A DNA stretch of 64,000 bases from Desulfatiglandales bacterium. GTDB taxonomy: Bacteria; Desulfobacterota; DSM-4660; Desulfatiglandales; Desulfatiglandaceae. Below the pieces are notes generated by a model that was not told the origin of the DNA, made no database searches, and saw nothing but the letters and a program-made list of their open reading frames with translations. Positions within the stretch are counted from its first letter, which is position 1. Every line of letters starts with the position of its first letter. Location of the stretch: NCBI GenBank assembly GCA_963662465.1, contig OY759599.1, forward strand, positions 1,344,001-1,408,000. Reading direction: 5' to 3'. This document shows positions 42,916-53,674 of the stretch, in pieces. The position numbers and the translations under genes are program-made.

Positions 42916-45900
42916 TCAGGATACAGCCGACCTCATTCGTGCGACGCCTACGCTTGAGGGTCTTGATCGTCAATCCTTGCCCGATCTATTGACCGAGGCG
43001 TTTGCAGAAATCGCTGTGGCGAGAATCAGGTTGCGCGATTTTGATGAGGAAAACCTTGAAGCGCTCACAAGGCTTGTTGAGAAGATGCGGCGGCTCGCAT
43101 ACACAAATGAAGCCTTGGTTTCTGTACTTCCCGAACGTGAAGACAGAAGTTCCGCTGCTTTTGTGGCCGCTACTGCGCACCAACTTTGCTTTAATGCAGA
43201 CAGCCTTTTCAAACATGTTTCCAAACCAACATTTATCGGTATCCGGACCATATCTAGCGATATTGCGGCTATGCTACTGTTCATGGTTGCGGAAGCAACA
43301 TCAGACGCAAGTGAAGTCTCAAAAGCGATGATCTGGCAAGCCAGCGACCCGATTGAAGAGGCTCTGATAGCGTCCCTTCGTGATCTTGCAAAAGGCAAAC
43401 TCCTCACCCTGACAAACCGCAGCATTCCAGATCGTGAAACTGTTGTGTCAGAGTATCCGGCCAGGAGTGCGGTGCGTGCTCTCTATCTCGCAATTCTAGA
43501 AGGTGTTCACGTTCTCGCAAACCAATTATTATTCGGGCATTTATTGGATGATTCTCGCAATCCTGTATCGTTGTTTCGTCGGATCTGTGAGCTTAGCATC
43601 GGGCCTGATCAATTTGTTTCAGAAAAATGGGTTGAGTCACCGAGCAGCGCTTTTTCCGGCCCGTATCATTTGGCATCGCTCCTGATTGCAGTCTCAAAAG
43701 ACCTTTCAGACAGCGCAGTTACGAAAATTCCCGCTCCATCTGGTGTTGATCCGATAAAATGGAGTCGGAGCATGCGTCGTATCGCAAAAACACGTCCCTT
43801 TCTCTGGCGAAATCATCGTTATGCAATTGATCAGGGATATTTGCAGCCGGGCACGTCCGCGGCGGTAGGTTTTCCCACTGGCGCCGGAAAATCAACCCTT
43901 GCAGAGCTCAAGATCAATAACGCCCTTCTGGCGGAGAAGAATGTTATATTCCTTGCCCCGACCCATGCCCTAGTCGATCAGACTTCGCAGTCATTGAGGC
44001 GATCGTTCCCAACGGCGTCGGTCCAGCGCGAACGACAGGACGAGTTTGGATTTGCTACTGGCGACGAGGATCTGCCTGAAATCCTCGTGATGACGCCGGA
44101 ATCCTGTCTAACGCAAATGAGCATTGATACGAGCGCATTTGAGAATATGGGCCTAGTTGTTTTCGATGAGTGCCATCTGCTTCATCCCAGTGAAAACCCC
44201 AACGATCGACGCTCCATTGATGCGATGTTGTGTGTACTGAACCTGTCCACTATTGCAGGCGAAGCCGATTTCCTTTTGTTGTCTGCGATGATGAGAAATA
44301 CCAACGACATTTCCGGATGGATCACAGAATTGACCGATCGGCCTTGCTTATCTCTGAATTTGCCATGGAAACCCACTCGACAATTGCGGGGAAGCGTCGT
44401 CTATAATCAACAGACCGTCACAAGGCTGCAAAATGAATTGACCCGCGCAAAGAAAAGTGCGACGACCAAATACCCCACGGCGGCGCTCAAGAAAACGCTT
44501 AATGCAATGCCTCAGGCGCTTTTTAGCATGAAGCAAACCTGGGCCACGAACAATCGAGAGGACTATGCGCTGGTCGACTTGCTCGATGATTCCGTTCAGT
44601 TGGCAGCCAGTCAGTATTGGAAGCTCACCCCAAATGCGGTGGCAGTATCTTCTTCCATTTCGGCGGCCTCTGCTGTTACGGGTGTGAAGACGCTCGTGTT
44701 CTTTCAGACCATCAAAAATGCGGCGAGCGCTACAAAGCAAATCTCCGACCTTCTTGGGCCGATCTCAATCAAACTGAACAACGAGGAGGCCGGGTGGCTG
44801 GACACCGCTAGAATGGAAATGGGTGGCATCTCACACCTTTATCTTGCGGTTCGAAATGGCAGAGTGGCCCAGCAAGCAGCGGTGCACCATGGTTTGCTGT
44901 TGCCGGAAGAACGACATCTTTGCGAATCTTTGTATAAGCGCGCAGATGGGATAAAGGTCTTGACGGCAACCTCCACGCTTGCTCAAGGGATGAATCTGCC
45001 GAGTGAACTTGTGATTATTGGTGAGGATAGCCGTTTTGATCAGGTCAAGGATAAGCGCGAAATTCTCAAGGCGCAGGAATTGCTGAATGCAGCCGGTCGC
45101 GCTGGGAGGGCGGGTGAGAATTCCAGTGGTATTGTTCTGGTCGTACCAGGCAAGGTTGTTGGCATCGATCTTGACGAGCTAACCATCGGAGCACACTGGA
45201 CTGATCTACGCGAAATATTTGGGCAATCAGATCAATGTCTTGATATTAATGACCCCCTCACGGCAATCTTGGACCGTGTTCACGCTGGTACAGAAAGAGC
45301 TAGAGAGATTGAAAGGTATGCTATCCTGCGGCTTGCATCGGGTGGAAAAGGCGACACCGAAACTGAAGCACTTTCGAACGCAATAAAGTCTTCCTTTGGC
45401 GCCTATCTCGCTCGAAAGAAAAAGGACTATAGCTGGTTAAAGGAACGGATCGATACGGCTACAGCCTTTTTCAAAGAGCAATCTCCAGAAACCGAACGCG
45501 AACTGGTTCAAACTCAGATTGCGGCGAGCTTGGGGCTTTCTCTTGAGCTGGTTTCGCGGTTGTCGGCCGCCCTTGAAGACAGAGGGCCAGGCCCGGACTC
45601 AAAGGTTCCGGATTGGAAGCGCTGGTTCTTCCTGTGGCTCTCTGAGAATCCCGATCTTCTTGAACAAGTCTGTCGGCGGCAGAGCCTTGTCGAACTGTTC
45701 GGAAGAAAAGCCTATGAGGCATTTACAACCGACGAAGAAAAAGCTGCTTATGCGCTTCCAATCCTCAGTAAACTTATTTGGTGCTGGATGAAGGGTGAGC
45801 CTCTGAGCGAGATGGAAAAGGTTTTGGGAACTGATCCGAAAAAGCTCAAGACATGTGACAAGGCACGTCGGTTTGCGCTTAGAATTGTTCCCGAATTGTC

Positions 45901-46210
45901 CTATTTATTCGGTTTGCCGGCATTGCTCCATGAACGAACGCAGGTGAAAGCGGATGATCCTGTTCCACTTCCCGCCGTCCTCACGCAACTGGGCCGTTGC
46001 GTAAGGTTTGGTTTCGATCTCCATGAGAAAGCGGCTCTCAATCAAATTCTGCGCAAGGCGCGGTTATCGCGCCGTCAGGTTCACCAACACTATGCGTTGG
46101 TTAAGCAGCATTTGGCATCAGCGTCGACAAGCGAAACATGGGAGCAGACGCTCCGAAGAGTCGAGATGGCTTCCGAAAAAGAGCTCAATGCCAAATATTT
46201 TGATGAATAA
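42908..46210 (+). CDS. hamB: Hachiman HamB-like DEAD/DEAH helicase
   Basis: PTGAGKS, MTPE, DECH, HHG, TSTLAQGMNLP, NAAGRAGRAG. Confidence 0.7.
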   Translation: MYDQDTADLIRATPTLEGLDRQSLPDLLTEAFAEIAVARIRLRDFDEENLEALTRLVEKMRRLAYTNEALVSVLPEREDRSSAAFVAATAHQLCFNADSLFKHVSKPTFIGIRTISSDIAAMLLFMVAEATSDASEVSKAMIWQASDPIEEALIASLRDLAKGKLLTLTNRSIPDRETVVSEYPARSAVRALYLAILEGVHVLANQLLFGHLLDDSRNPVSLFRRICELSIGPDQFVSEKWVESPSSAFSGPYHLASLLIAVSKDLSDSAVTKIPAPSGVDPIKWSRSMRRIAKTRPFLWRNHRYAIDQGYLQPGTSAAVGFPTGAGKSTLAELKINNALLAEKNVIFLAPTHALVDQTSQSLRRSFPTASVQRERQDEFGFATGDEDLPEILVMTPESCLTQMSIDTSAFENMGLVVFDECHLLHPSENPNDRRSIDAMLCVLNLSTIAGEADFLLLSAMMRNTNDISGWITELTDRPCLSLNLPWKPTRQLRGSVVYNQQTVTRLQNELTRAKKSATTKYPTAALKKTLNAMPQALFSMKQTWATNNREDYALVDLLDDSVQLAASQYWKLTPNAVAVSSSISAASAVTGVKTLVFFQTIKNAASATKQISDLLGPISIKLNNEEAGWLDTARMEMGGISHLYLAVRNGRVAQQAAVHHGLLLPEERHLCESLYKRADGIKVLTATSTLAQGMNLPSELVIIGEDSRFDQVKDKREILKAQELLNAAGRAGRAGENSSGIVLVVPGKVVGIDLDELTIGAHWTDLREIFGQSDQCLDINDPLTAILDRVHAGTERAREIERYAILRLASGGKGDTETEALSNAIKSSFGAYLARKKKDYSWLKERIDTATAFFKEQSPETERELVQTQIAASLGLSLELVSRLSAALEDRGPGPDSKVPDWKRWFFLWLSENPDLLEQVCRRQSLVELFGRKAYEAFTTDEEKAAYALPILSKLIWCWMKGEPLSEMEKVLGTDPKKLKTCDKARRFALRIVPELSYLFGLPALLHERTQVKADDPVPLPAVLTQLGRCVRFGFDLHEKAALNQILRKARLSRRQVHQHYALVKQHLASASTSETWEQTLRRVEMASEKELNAKYFDE

Positions 46211-46290
46211 GACAGCGGGGGAATGTGAATAAAGAAGGGGGCTAAATAAATAAGTTGACATGATTAGGCTCGAATTCATAGTTCCGGATT

Positions 46291-46671
46291 ATGCCACGAT
46301 TAAGCCCATTTAGTGAGCCCGGTATTCTGCACCACGTGATCATAAGGGGCATTGAGCGTAGACGAATATTCAGGGACAGCAAAGACCTGGATGATTTTTT
46401 AACGCGTTTTGGGGACCTCATTCCCGAGACAAGAACTGCCTGTTACGCCTGGGCGCTTTTAACCAACCATGCCCACTTTCTTCTGCGAACCGGAGATTCT
46501 CCTTTGGCAACCTTCATGCGAAGACTTTTGACCGGGTATGTGGGGCAGTTTAATCGCCGACACAAGCGATATGGGCCTTTGTTTCAAAACCGTTTCAAGT
46601 CGATTGTGTGTCAAGAAGATGCATACTTGCAGGAAAGGAAAAAGCAACAGTATCGAAACTTTTTTGAATGA
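46291..46671 (+). pseudogene. Truncated RAYT transposase
   Basis: HHVIIRGIERR, NHAH, FQNRFKS; breaks after CQEDAYLQE, catalytic Tyr absent. Confidence 0.85.
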
Positions 46672-46773
46672 CCCGCTCTATGGTATAGACATTCGGGAAA
46701 AGCCAAGCAGTAATGTAGACTGGTCAGAGTACCTCGGCTAACCAAACAAAAAATATGGAGACACATAATATCA

Positions 46774-47076
46774 ATGGACTTCAAGAGTTTGGCAAGAATC
46801 TGCGCAGAGGCGGAAATGAACCACATGATAAATGGAAAATCAGGAGAGCCTGTGGTCCGGGTCGGTGTTACCGGAGACCGGACAAAGGAAACGCGCGTAC
46901 ACATATTAACAGCACCCGAAGGTCATTCGGTCCTGATGGGAAAACCGGTCAAATATGTCAAACTGCATGACCTGACAATCGTGGATATCGTATGCCGCGA
47001 TATCAGAGCGTTTTACAGCAGCAGGAACTGGATCTTGGAAGAATTTATCGATGAAAAACCAAAGGTGCTGCACTGA
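46774..47076 (+). CDS. Hypothetical protein
   Basis: ORF with GGAG upstream; no recognised motif. Confidence 0.45.
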   Translation: MDFKSLARICAEAEMNHMINGKSGEPVVRVGVTGDRTKETRVHILTAPEGHSVLMGKPVKYVKLHDLTIVDIVCRDIRAFYSSRNWILEEFIDEKPKVLH

Positions 47077-47193
47077 CATTTGGCAGCCGGGAAGCACGTC
47101 TGCCTTTAGCTGTTGTTGGCGATTCAAAAATATCTAATTTATGCCACAAGAGAACATTCAGGCATTTTATTAACAGCGTAGAAAAGGAGACAC

Positions 47194-47805
47194 ATGGTTA
47201 AACAGAACAATCCTAAAACAATGTCAGTCCCCAGTGGTCCGGAACCAAACGCGTACCAAATCCAAATGCCGGTGCCACACCCAACACAGGCGCAGCGCGA
47301 TTACGTCTTCGAACACCTCTTTAAAGACGGTCCCACGCGTATGGCAACCGAAGTTTTTCCTGGTTCTCAGATCATCGTCGATAAACACACCTTCGCACGC
47401 AGAGGAAAACCGCCTGACGGCGAGAGCCCAGATCCAAAAGTCCAAACCGCGCCTACCATCTTTTCTCTCAACGATCTGGCGCTTCTCTACGCGTGGGTGA
47501 CCTTCAACGGCTATATTCCGCACGATCAGCGCTCGATCATGATTCGACACAAAGGTATTTCCGAGTGGGATCAGGCTGCGGTCGCGATAGCCGAAACACC
47601 GGACGGCACAACCCACATCCTTTACGCAAAAGCGTTCGAGCACTTCCCCATCAGCGATGATCCGTGCATATCCGACGTATCGTTGCTCGCCGTGGATCTC
47701 TCGGACGTCGAGGCGTTTTTTAAGATAACAGGCAACATCAACCGACTGTGGAGAACCCAATACAAAGTCTGGCACATGGCAACAACCTGGACCGGCCGGG
47801 TATAA
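47194..47805 (+). CDS. Hypothetical protein
   Basis: Strong RBS AAGGAG; no recognised motif. Confidence 0.6.
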   Translation: MVKQNNPKTMSVPSGPEPNAYQIQMPVPHPTQAQRDYVFEHLFKDGPTRMATEVFPGSQIIVDKHTFARRGKPPDGESPDPKVQTAPTIFSLNDLALLYAWVTFNGYIPHDQRSIMIRHKGISEWDQAAVAIAETPDGTTHILYAKAFEHFPISDDPCISDVSLLAVDLSDVEAFFKITGNINRLWRTQYKVWHMATTWTGRV

Positions 47806-47925
47806 ATGCCCTGGTGGTTCAAATACTCTCTGCCTGTTTAAATGTCCGAAGACAATCGAAAGGGGGGGGTGGCCAGGGTGTAGCAAGCGGAGGAATTTAG
47901 AATCCACAACGGCTTTAAACCCATT

Positions 47926-50900
47926 ATGCTCAACAAAAAACATAAATCCAATAAAACCGACCCGGCTCACTGTAAGCACCTGAAAGATAAAGCCCGGGAC
48001 ATGACCGGCTGCGAAATCCTAAAGAGTGCCCAAGGTCTTTATGACGCCTGGCGGCAGGAAAACCTAGAAACCATTTTGGATCGCTCCGCTGAAACCGTTC
48101 ACGCTATCCTGGCCGGTCTCAAGATGTTGGGTTTGGACCCTGATCACCTGTTTGCCCGCATGGCCACAGTGGTCAAATCCCCGAATGGCTGCCATTCAAA
48201 CCAACGGGCAAGGATTTCTGAGGATGCTATTCCGGGGATGCGAGATGCGCCGTCTTTCCTGTTCACGCCGAATAACGCAGCGCAGATGGTGGATCTGATT
48301 AAGAAGGAGATGATTGCAAGCGACAGGGTCTGGGTCGCCTCCGCCTTCTACTCTCCGGGAGTCATCAACCTGCTGATCTCCAGTTTTACCCGCTTTACAG
48401 AAACCGGGGGGGAACTCAAAGTCCTTACTTCCACCATGGGCAACTTCAACAGACCCGACTACCTGGTACATCTCCGAGATACCGTGCCGGGTATCCGGGT
48501 AAGGGTTTACCACCCCCGGAACATTCCGTTTGATAAAGCCCCTCCCCCCTTCCACCCGAAGGCCTGGCTGTTTCGCCACCGGGATGGAACGGGGGCTATC
48601 CTGATTGGCTCATCTAATTTTACGGAGGCAGGTTTTTTGAAGAATGTGGAGTGGAATTATTTTTCCGCCGGTGAAGTGAACATCCACTTTGAACAAACAT
48701 CCCCCTTTGAAGACGCTATTTCCGAATTCACGCGGCACTGGGACCTTGAGTCCGTCGAGATTTCCGACGAGTTTCTCTCAGCCTACCGAAACAGGTGGCA
48801 GATGCCGTACGATAGGCGGCAGGACGTTTTCGATCCTCCCGCTGAGAACTGGTCAACGGCGTCTGGAGGGGTAAACCCGAGCGAAACGGCGGTGACACCC
48901 AATCCGGCTCAAATCGAAGCCCTCGTTAGCCTTTCCCGCATGAGAGGACAGGGGATCAAAAAGGCCTCCGTTATCGCGGCCACGGGTGTGGGCAAAACCC
49001 ATTTGGCGGCCTTTGATTACAAGGAGAGCGGGCTCGAAAATATGCTGTTCATCGCACATCGGGAAAACATTCTACTGAAAGCCAGGGAGACATTTCAGAG
49101 CGTCCTGAAGGATGATGTTTTCGGGGAACTCCTGGGGGCAGGCCGGGAAGTCCAAAACGGCTCCGGGGCCGTCTTTGCCATGATCCAGACCCTCAGCCGG
49201 CCGGAACAGCTGGAAAGATTTTCGCCGGATCATTTTGAGTACCTGGTGGTTGACGAGTTTCACCACGGCATGGCGCCCACCTATCTGAAAGCCATTGATT
49301 ATTTCAAACCCCGGTTCATGCTGTGCTTAACAGCCACCCCCGAGCGCATGGACGGCAGGGATGTGCTGCGCCTGTGCGATTACAATGTAGCCTATGAAGT
49401 GCGGTTGCTCGACGCCGTGGACAGGGGGTGGCTCTGCCCCTTTCAATACTTTGCCGTCTATGACGAAACCGACTACCGGCAGATCGCCTGGCGCGGCGCC
49501 CACTACGACGATGAAGAATTGACAAAAGCACTCAGCAGTGACACCCGCACGGCCATTGTTTCCGCCAACCTCAAAAAATACCTTCCCAGTACCGGTAAAA
49601 CGAAGGCACTGGCCTTCTGCAGCTCCGTATCCCATGCGCGATATACGGCGGAAAGGTTGACCCTTGATCACGGCATCGAGTCCCTGGCGCTTTCGGGGAG
49701 TGACCCCGGGGATATAAGAACCGCGGCACTGGCCCGTCTTGAGAACGAAAACGATCCCCTCCGGGTACTCTGCACCGTGAACATTTTCAATGAGGGTGTG
49801 GATATTCCGGGCCTGACCCATGTGCTTTTTCTGCGGCCCACCCAGTCCTTTACGGTTTTTCTTCAGCAGCTGGGACGGGGTCTTCGAAACGCACCGGGGA
49901 AGGAATACCTGGTGGTCATCGATTTCGTGGGCAATTTCAAAAAGGCCCATGTAGCGCCCCTGGCCTTGAGCGGTTATACATCCGTTCAGGAATTTGTGGT
50001 GGATGGTGTTGCGGCGTTTAGGAGTGACGGTTCCGGTTTTACGCTTCCCAAGGGCTGTTTTCTGGATACGGATCTGGATGTCAAACGTATCTGGGACCGC
50101 GAGATACGCAATATCCTTGATGGAAATATTTCGGTTGAGGAAAGACTTAGAGCCCTTTACGCCGATATCCGGTCAGATCTGGATGGCACGTCTCCGTTTC
50201 TCACGGATTTTCTCGACAATGCATTCCGTATGGATCCCTATGTGTTTATCAGGCATTTCGGGAGCTGGTTGAGGACAAAACTTGAATGTGAAGGGCATCT
50301 CGATCCAAAGGAACAAGCCCTGCTGGATACCCCGGGTGAAGCGTTCCTCGGTCATTTGGAATCAGGCCTGAGCCCGGTAAAATCCTATAAGATGGTGGTG
50401 CTGACGTGTCTCCTGGAAATGAAAGAAACCATTTGGGATGTGGAGGCGATTGCAACCGCATTTCGTGGGTTCTTCCTTGTGCATCGGGACAAGCTCTTTG
50501 ATTATGACGACTTGGCAGGTTCCAAGGATCCCGAGGATTTTCCCATCTCGAAGGTTACGACAAAACTGCTCCAGATGCCGCTCAAATATCTGAGCAACAC
50601 GGATACGGACTGGTTCATCCTGGACAAGAACCGGGGGACGTTTGCCTTAAAGCCGGAAGTGGTCCCTTACTGGAATGATCCCTTTTTCAGGGAACTGGTG
50701 GCGGACCGGGTGAAATTCGCCATGGTGCGGTATTTCTCCCGAAAAGCCCGTATTGCCAAGGTGTTGTTCAGCGAAGATATTTTTAAAAGTGGTTTCCCGG
50801 TCGATCGTGATTTTGCTCTTGATTTTTACGCGGAAAGACCGCTGAAAACCGGTGAAAGCCGGAAAGTGAAGCTGAAGGTCAACGGTGGAATCTATGCCGT

Positions 50901-51108
50901 CTCTTTCCAGCGTGCCGCATCAGGGAGGGAGTACAAAATCGGGTACGAACCGGAAAACGAAGTTATCCAGGCATTCAGGGAATATCTGGGGAACCGGTTC
51001 AAGTCGGGTGAAACGGCGTTTACCCTGAAGGTTTCAGGGAAGCATGATCTGGCCGTGGAGGCGTTTCTTGAATGCGTTGACATGGGCGGGAGAGTGAGAA
51101 AACCATAG
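47926..51108 (+). CDS. PLD nuclease-SF2 (ResIII-type) helicase, SauUSI-like restriction enzyme candidate
   Basis: FHPKAWLF..GSSNFT; ATGVGKT, DEFHH, TATPERMD, FNEGVDIP, QQLGRGLR; start uncertain. Confidence 0.85.
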   Translation: MLNKKHKSNKTDPAHCKHLKDKARDMTGCEILKSAQGLYDAWRQENLETILDRSAETVHAILAGLKMLGLDPDHLFARMATVVKSPNGCHSNQRARISEDAIPGMRDAPSFLFTPNNAAQMVDLIKKEMIASDRVWVASAFYSPGVINLLISSFTRFTETGGELKVLTSTMGNFNRPDYLVHLRDTVPGIRVRVYHPRNIPFDKAPPPFHPKAWLFRHRDGTGAILIGSSNFTEAGFLKNVEWNYFSAGEVNIHFEQTSPFEDAISEFTRHWDLESVEISDEFLSAYRNRWQMPYDRRQDVFDPPAENWSTASGGVNPSETAVTPNPAQIEALVSLSRMRGQGIKKASVIAATGVGKTHLAAFDYKESGLENMLFIAHRENILLKARETFQSVLKDDVFGELLGAGREVQNGSGAVFAMIQTLSRPEQLERFSPDHFEYLVVDEFHHGMAPTYLKAIDYFKPRFMLCLTATPERMDGRDVLRLCDYNVAYEVRLLDAVDRGWLCPFQYFAVYDETDYRQIAWRGAHYDDEELTKALSSDTRTAIVSANLKKYLPSTGKTKALAFCSSVSHARYTAERLTLDHGIESLALSGSDPGDIRTAALARLENENDPLRVLCTVNIFNEGVDIPGLTHVLFLRPTQSFTVFLQQLGRGLRNAPGKEYLVVIDFVGNFKKAHVAPLALSGYTSVQEFVVDGVAAFRSDGSGFTLPKGCFLDTDLDVKRIWDREIRNILDGNISVEERLRALYADIRSDLDGTSPFLTDFLDNAFRMDPYVFIRHFGSWLRTKLECEGHLDPKEQALLDTPGEAFLGHLESGLSPVKSYKMVVLTCLLEMKETIWDVEAIATAFRGFFLVHRDKLFDYDDLAGSKDPEDFPISKVTTKLLQMPLKYLSNTDTDWFILDKNRGTFALKPEVVPYWNDPFFRELVADRVKFAMVRYFSRKARIAKVLFSEDIFKSGFPVDRDFALDFYAERPLKTGESRKVKLKVNGGIYAVSFQRAASGREYKIGYEPENEVIQAFREYLGNRFKSGETAFTLKVSGKHDLAVEAFLECVDMGGRVRKP

Positions 51109-51124
51109 AGAACGGGTGGGCGGT

Positions 51125-51712
51125 ATGACCGATTATTACCAGAAAAATTATCTTGCGTACCACGATCAGACCTTCAGTATCGACCCCGCATCTTTTCTTT
51201 CACCGCTGGTGCGCGCTATGGCTCCCCGCGGCAGCATCCTGGATGTGGGGTGCGGTTCCGGGCGCGATATGCGGTGGCTGAAAGACCGGGGGTTCCGGCC
51301 CACGGGTTTTGAGCGGTCAAGCGGCCTGGCCGCACTGGCGAGGGAGCATTCAGGGTGTTCGGTTCTGGAAGGGGATTTTGAGGCTTATGATTTTTCGGGT
51401 ATGGACGTGGATGCGATCCTGCTGGTGGGGGCACTGGTGCATGTGCCGCACGAGCGGTTTTCGAAAATACTTTCAAATATTGCTCAGGCGTTGAACCCCG
51501 AAGGCCATGTGCTACTCACCCTGAAAGAAGGGGTGAAGACCCGGGCCGCTGCCGGGGGTCGGGTGTTTTACCTCTGGGAGGATGGGGCGCTCAGTGCCGT
51601 TTTTGAGCCGCTTAACCTCACAGTGGTGGATTTTTCCCGGCAGATTTCTAAAGTCAGAAAGAGCGATGTGTGGTTGGGGTATGTGTTGAAGAAACAGGGC
51701 TTCGCGGATTAA
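51125..51712 (+). CDS. Class I SAM-dependent methyltransferase
   Basis: ILDVGCGSGRD motif I. Confidence 0.85.
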   Translation: MTDYYQKNYLAYHDQTFSIDPASFLSPLVRAMAPRGSILDVGCGSGRDMRWLKDRGFRPTGFERSSGLAALAREHSGCSVLEGDFEAYDFSGMDVDAILLVGALVHVPHERFSKILSNIAQALNPEGHVLLTLKEGVKTRAAAGGRVFYLWEDGALSAVFEPLNLTVVDFSRQISKVRKSDVWLGYVLKKQGFAD

Positions 51713-51771
51713 CGTGAAATAGAGCATTTTGTTGTTCCCCCGGGCTGGTTCCCACGCAGAGCATGGGAACG

Positions 51772-53674
51772 GTGCGCCTGTGAAGGCGCTTTATCAGTGC
51801 GGTGAAAGTCCGTACCGGAGTATGCCATAGCTCCGTAGCCGAAGGTAACTGCGTCGCCGCGAGGCGGGGTGGAGAGCAACCGGAGGCGAAAAGTCAGTCC
51901 GTAGGATGACGAACCCGATTCGGTGTCATGTGGTGGCGAGCCTACCGTTCCATGGTGAAGCCTGAAACTCACAGACCACGCTGTAATGGCGGTTAAAGCG
52001 ATGGTTTGACGGCATGGTATGTTTGGGGTCGGAATGACTGGAAGGTAAAGCGAGATAAGCAGGGAGACCTGTCTCTTGGGGTGACAGGAGGCAGGAGTCA
52101 GAGTCCTCATAGTACCGTAGCGACAGAACGGTCCTGCTAACAAGGCTTACGGCGTGAGACCAGTACCCGCCGCCTGCGTCGGATACCGGGTTGTGAAAAG
52201 CGCGGATAGCAAAACCGTGCCGAGGGAAGGAGGATAGGAAGATAGATACGGAAAGGTCATATAGATGCAGCTAAATCAAGCAGTCTCGGCAGTGTTGGAA
52301 ACAACTAAACGCGAGGCAGAAACCCGATGGGATTGGGTGGAAGCATCGGTGTGGACGGAACGTATGTTGGCAGCCCTGGGTAACGGGGTGAAAGGTGGTA
52401 AATGGTACAGTTTGATGGATAAGGTGTTCGCCTTGTCGACGCTGGAAGCGGCTTGGGGACGTGTCAAAGCCAATAAAGGAGCGGCAGGGATAGACCGTAT
52501 CAGCATAAAGCGCTTTAAGGAGCAGGCGGAGAAATACCTTGCCGAACTGCATGAAACCTTGAAAGCGGGAACGTACCGACCGGAAGCGGTAAAACGGGTA
52601 TACATTCCGAAAAGCGACGGCAAACAACGCCCGCTGGGGATACCCACGGTCAAAGACCGGGTAGTGCAGGCAGCGGTTAAAATGGTTATGGAGCCCATAT
52701 TCGAGCATGAATTTCTGCCGATGAGTTACGGCTTCAGGCCGCAAAGAGGTTGCAAGGACGCGTTGCGAGAAGTAGACGCGCTTATTAAGGAAGGCTACAC
52801 CTTCATACTGGACGCCGACCTGAAAAGTTACTTTGATACGATTCCGCACGATAAGCTGATGCAACAAGTCGAAATGCGCATCAGCGACGGCAAATTGCTC
52901 AATCTGATTCAAATGTTCCTGAAACAGGACGTGATGGACGGCTTGGAAAGATGGACACCGACGGGTGGTTCGCCACAAGGGGCGGTAGTCAGCCCCTTGC
53001 TTGCGAATATTTACCTGCATCCTCTTGACAGCCTGATCGCGGAATCAGGTATGCGGATGGTGCGTTACGCGGACGACTTTGTTATCCTCAGCCGCAGTCA
53101 AACGGAAGCGGAGAATGCTTTGCAAAAGGTACGGGAGTGGGTACAGGCTAATGACCTGAGCTTACACCCGGACAAGACGCATCTTGGCGACTGTCGACAA
53201 AAGGGTCAGGGATTTGAATTCCTGGGATACCGGTTTGAGGCAGGAAAGCGCTGGATACGCAGTAAAAGCCGTAAAGCCCTTCGTGATAAAATCCGGGAAG
53301 AGACCCGGCGCAAACGTAGCGGAAGTATGGAAAGCATCATTGATGATCTGAACCCCATGCTTGAAGGCTGGTTTGGTTACTTCAAACACGCCTACCGCAC
53401 TGAGTTTGCGGCGGTGGATAAGTTTGTCCGCCGACGCTTACGCGCCGTATTATTGCGTCGTAACAAACGCAAGGGCTGGGGCAAAAGCCTTGAAGCCCAC
53501 CGCCGCTGGCCGAATGCCTACTTCGCGAAAATCGGGCTTTTCACTATGCATGAGGCCCGGTTAGCAGCGTGCCGATCCCGATGAGGAAACTATCGACCGG
53601 AGAGCCGTGTGCGGGAGAACCGCATGCACGGTTCGGAGGGAGGGGAGAGCCAAGAGGCTCTTTCCTACCCCTAT
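51772..53674 (+). mobile_element. Group II intron copy 1 (1903 bp)
   Basis: 5' GTGCG; D5 GAGCCGTGTGCGGGAGAACCGCATGCACGGTTC; 3' ...ACCCCTAT. Confidence 0.95.
52265..53584 (+). CDS. ltrA: Group II intron RT/maturase without endonuclease domain
   Basis: RPLGIPTVKDR, PQGAVVSPLLANIYL, YADD, X domain GWFGYF. Confidence 0.95.
   Translation: MQLNQAVSAVLETTKREAETRWDWVEASVWTERMLAALGNGVKGGKWYSLMDKVFALSTLEAAWGRVKANKGAAGIDRISIKRFKEQAEKYLAELHETLKAGTYRPEAVKRVYIPKSDGKQRPLGIPTVKDRVVQAAVKMVMEPIFEHEFLPMSYGFRPQRGCKDALREVDALIKEGYTFILDADLKSYFDTIPHDKLMQQVEMRISDGKLLNLIQMFLKQDVMDGLERWTPTGGSPQGAVVSPLLANIYLHPLDSLIAESGMRMVRYADDFVILSRSQTEAENALQKVREWVQANDLSLHPDKTHLGDCRQKGQGFEFLGYRFEAGKRWIRSKSRKALRDKIREETRRKRSGSMESIIDDLNPMLEGWFGYFKHAYRTEFAAVDKFVRRRLRAVLLRRNKRKGWGKSLEAHRRWPNAYFAKIGLFTMHEARLAACRSR

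Noticed and set aside
51772..53674. Class IIC intron inserting after a terminator hairpin
   Set aside because: D5 is full length with an AGC triad rather than the short CGC-type D5; a 6-nt EBS1-IBS1 match is available.
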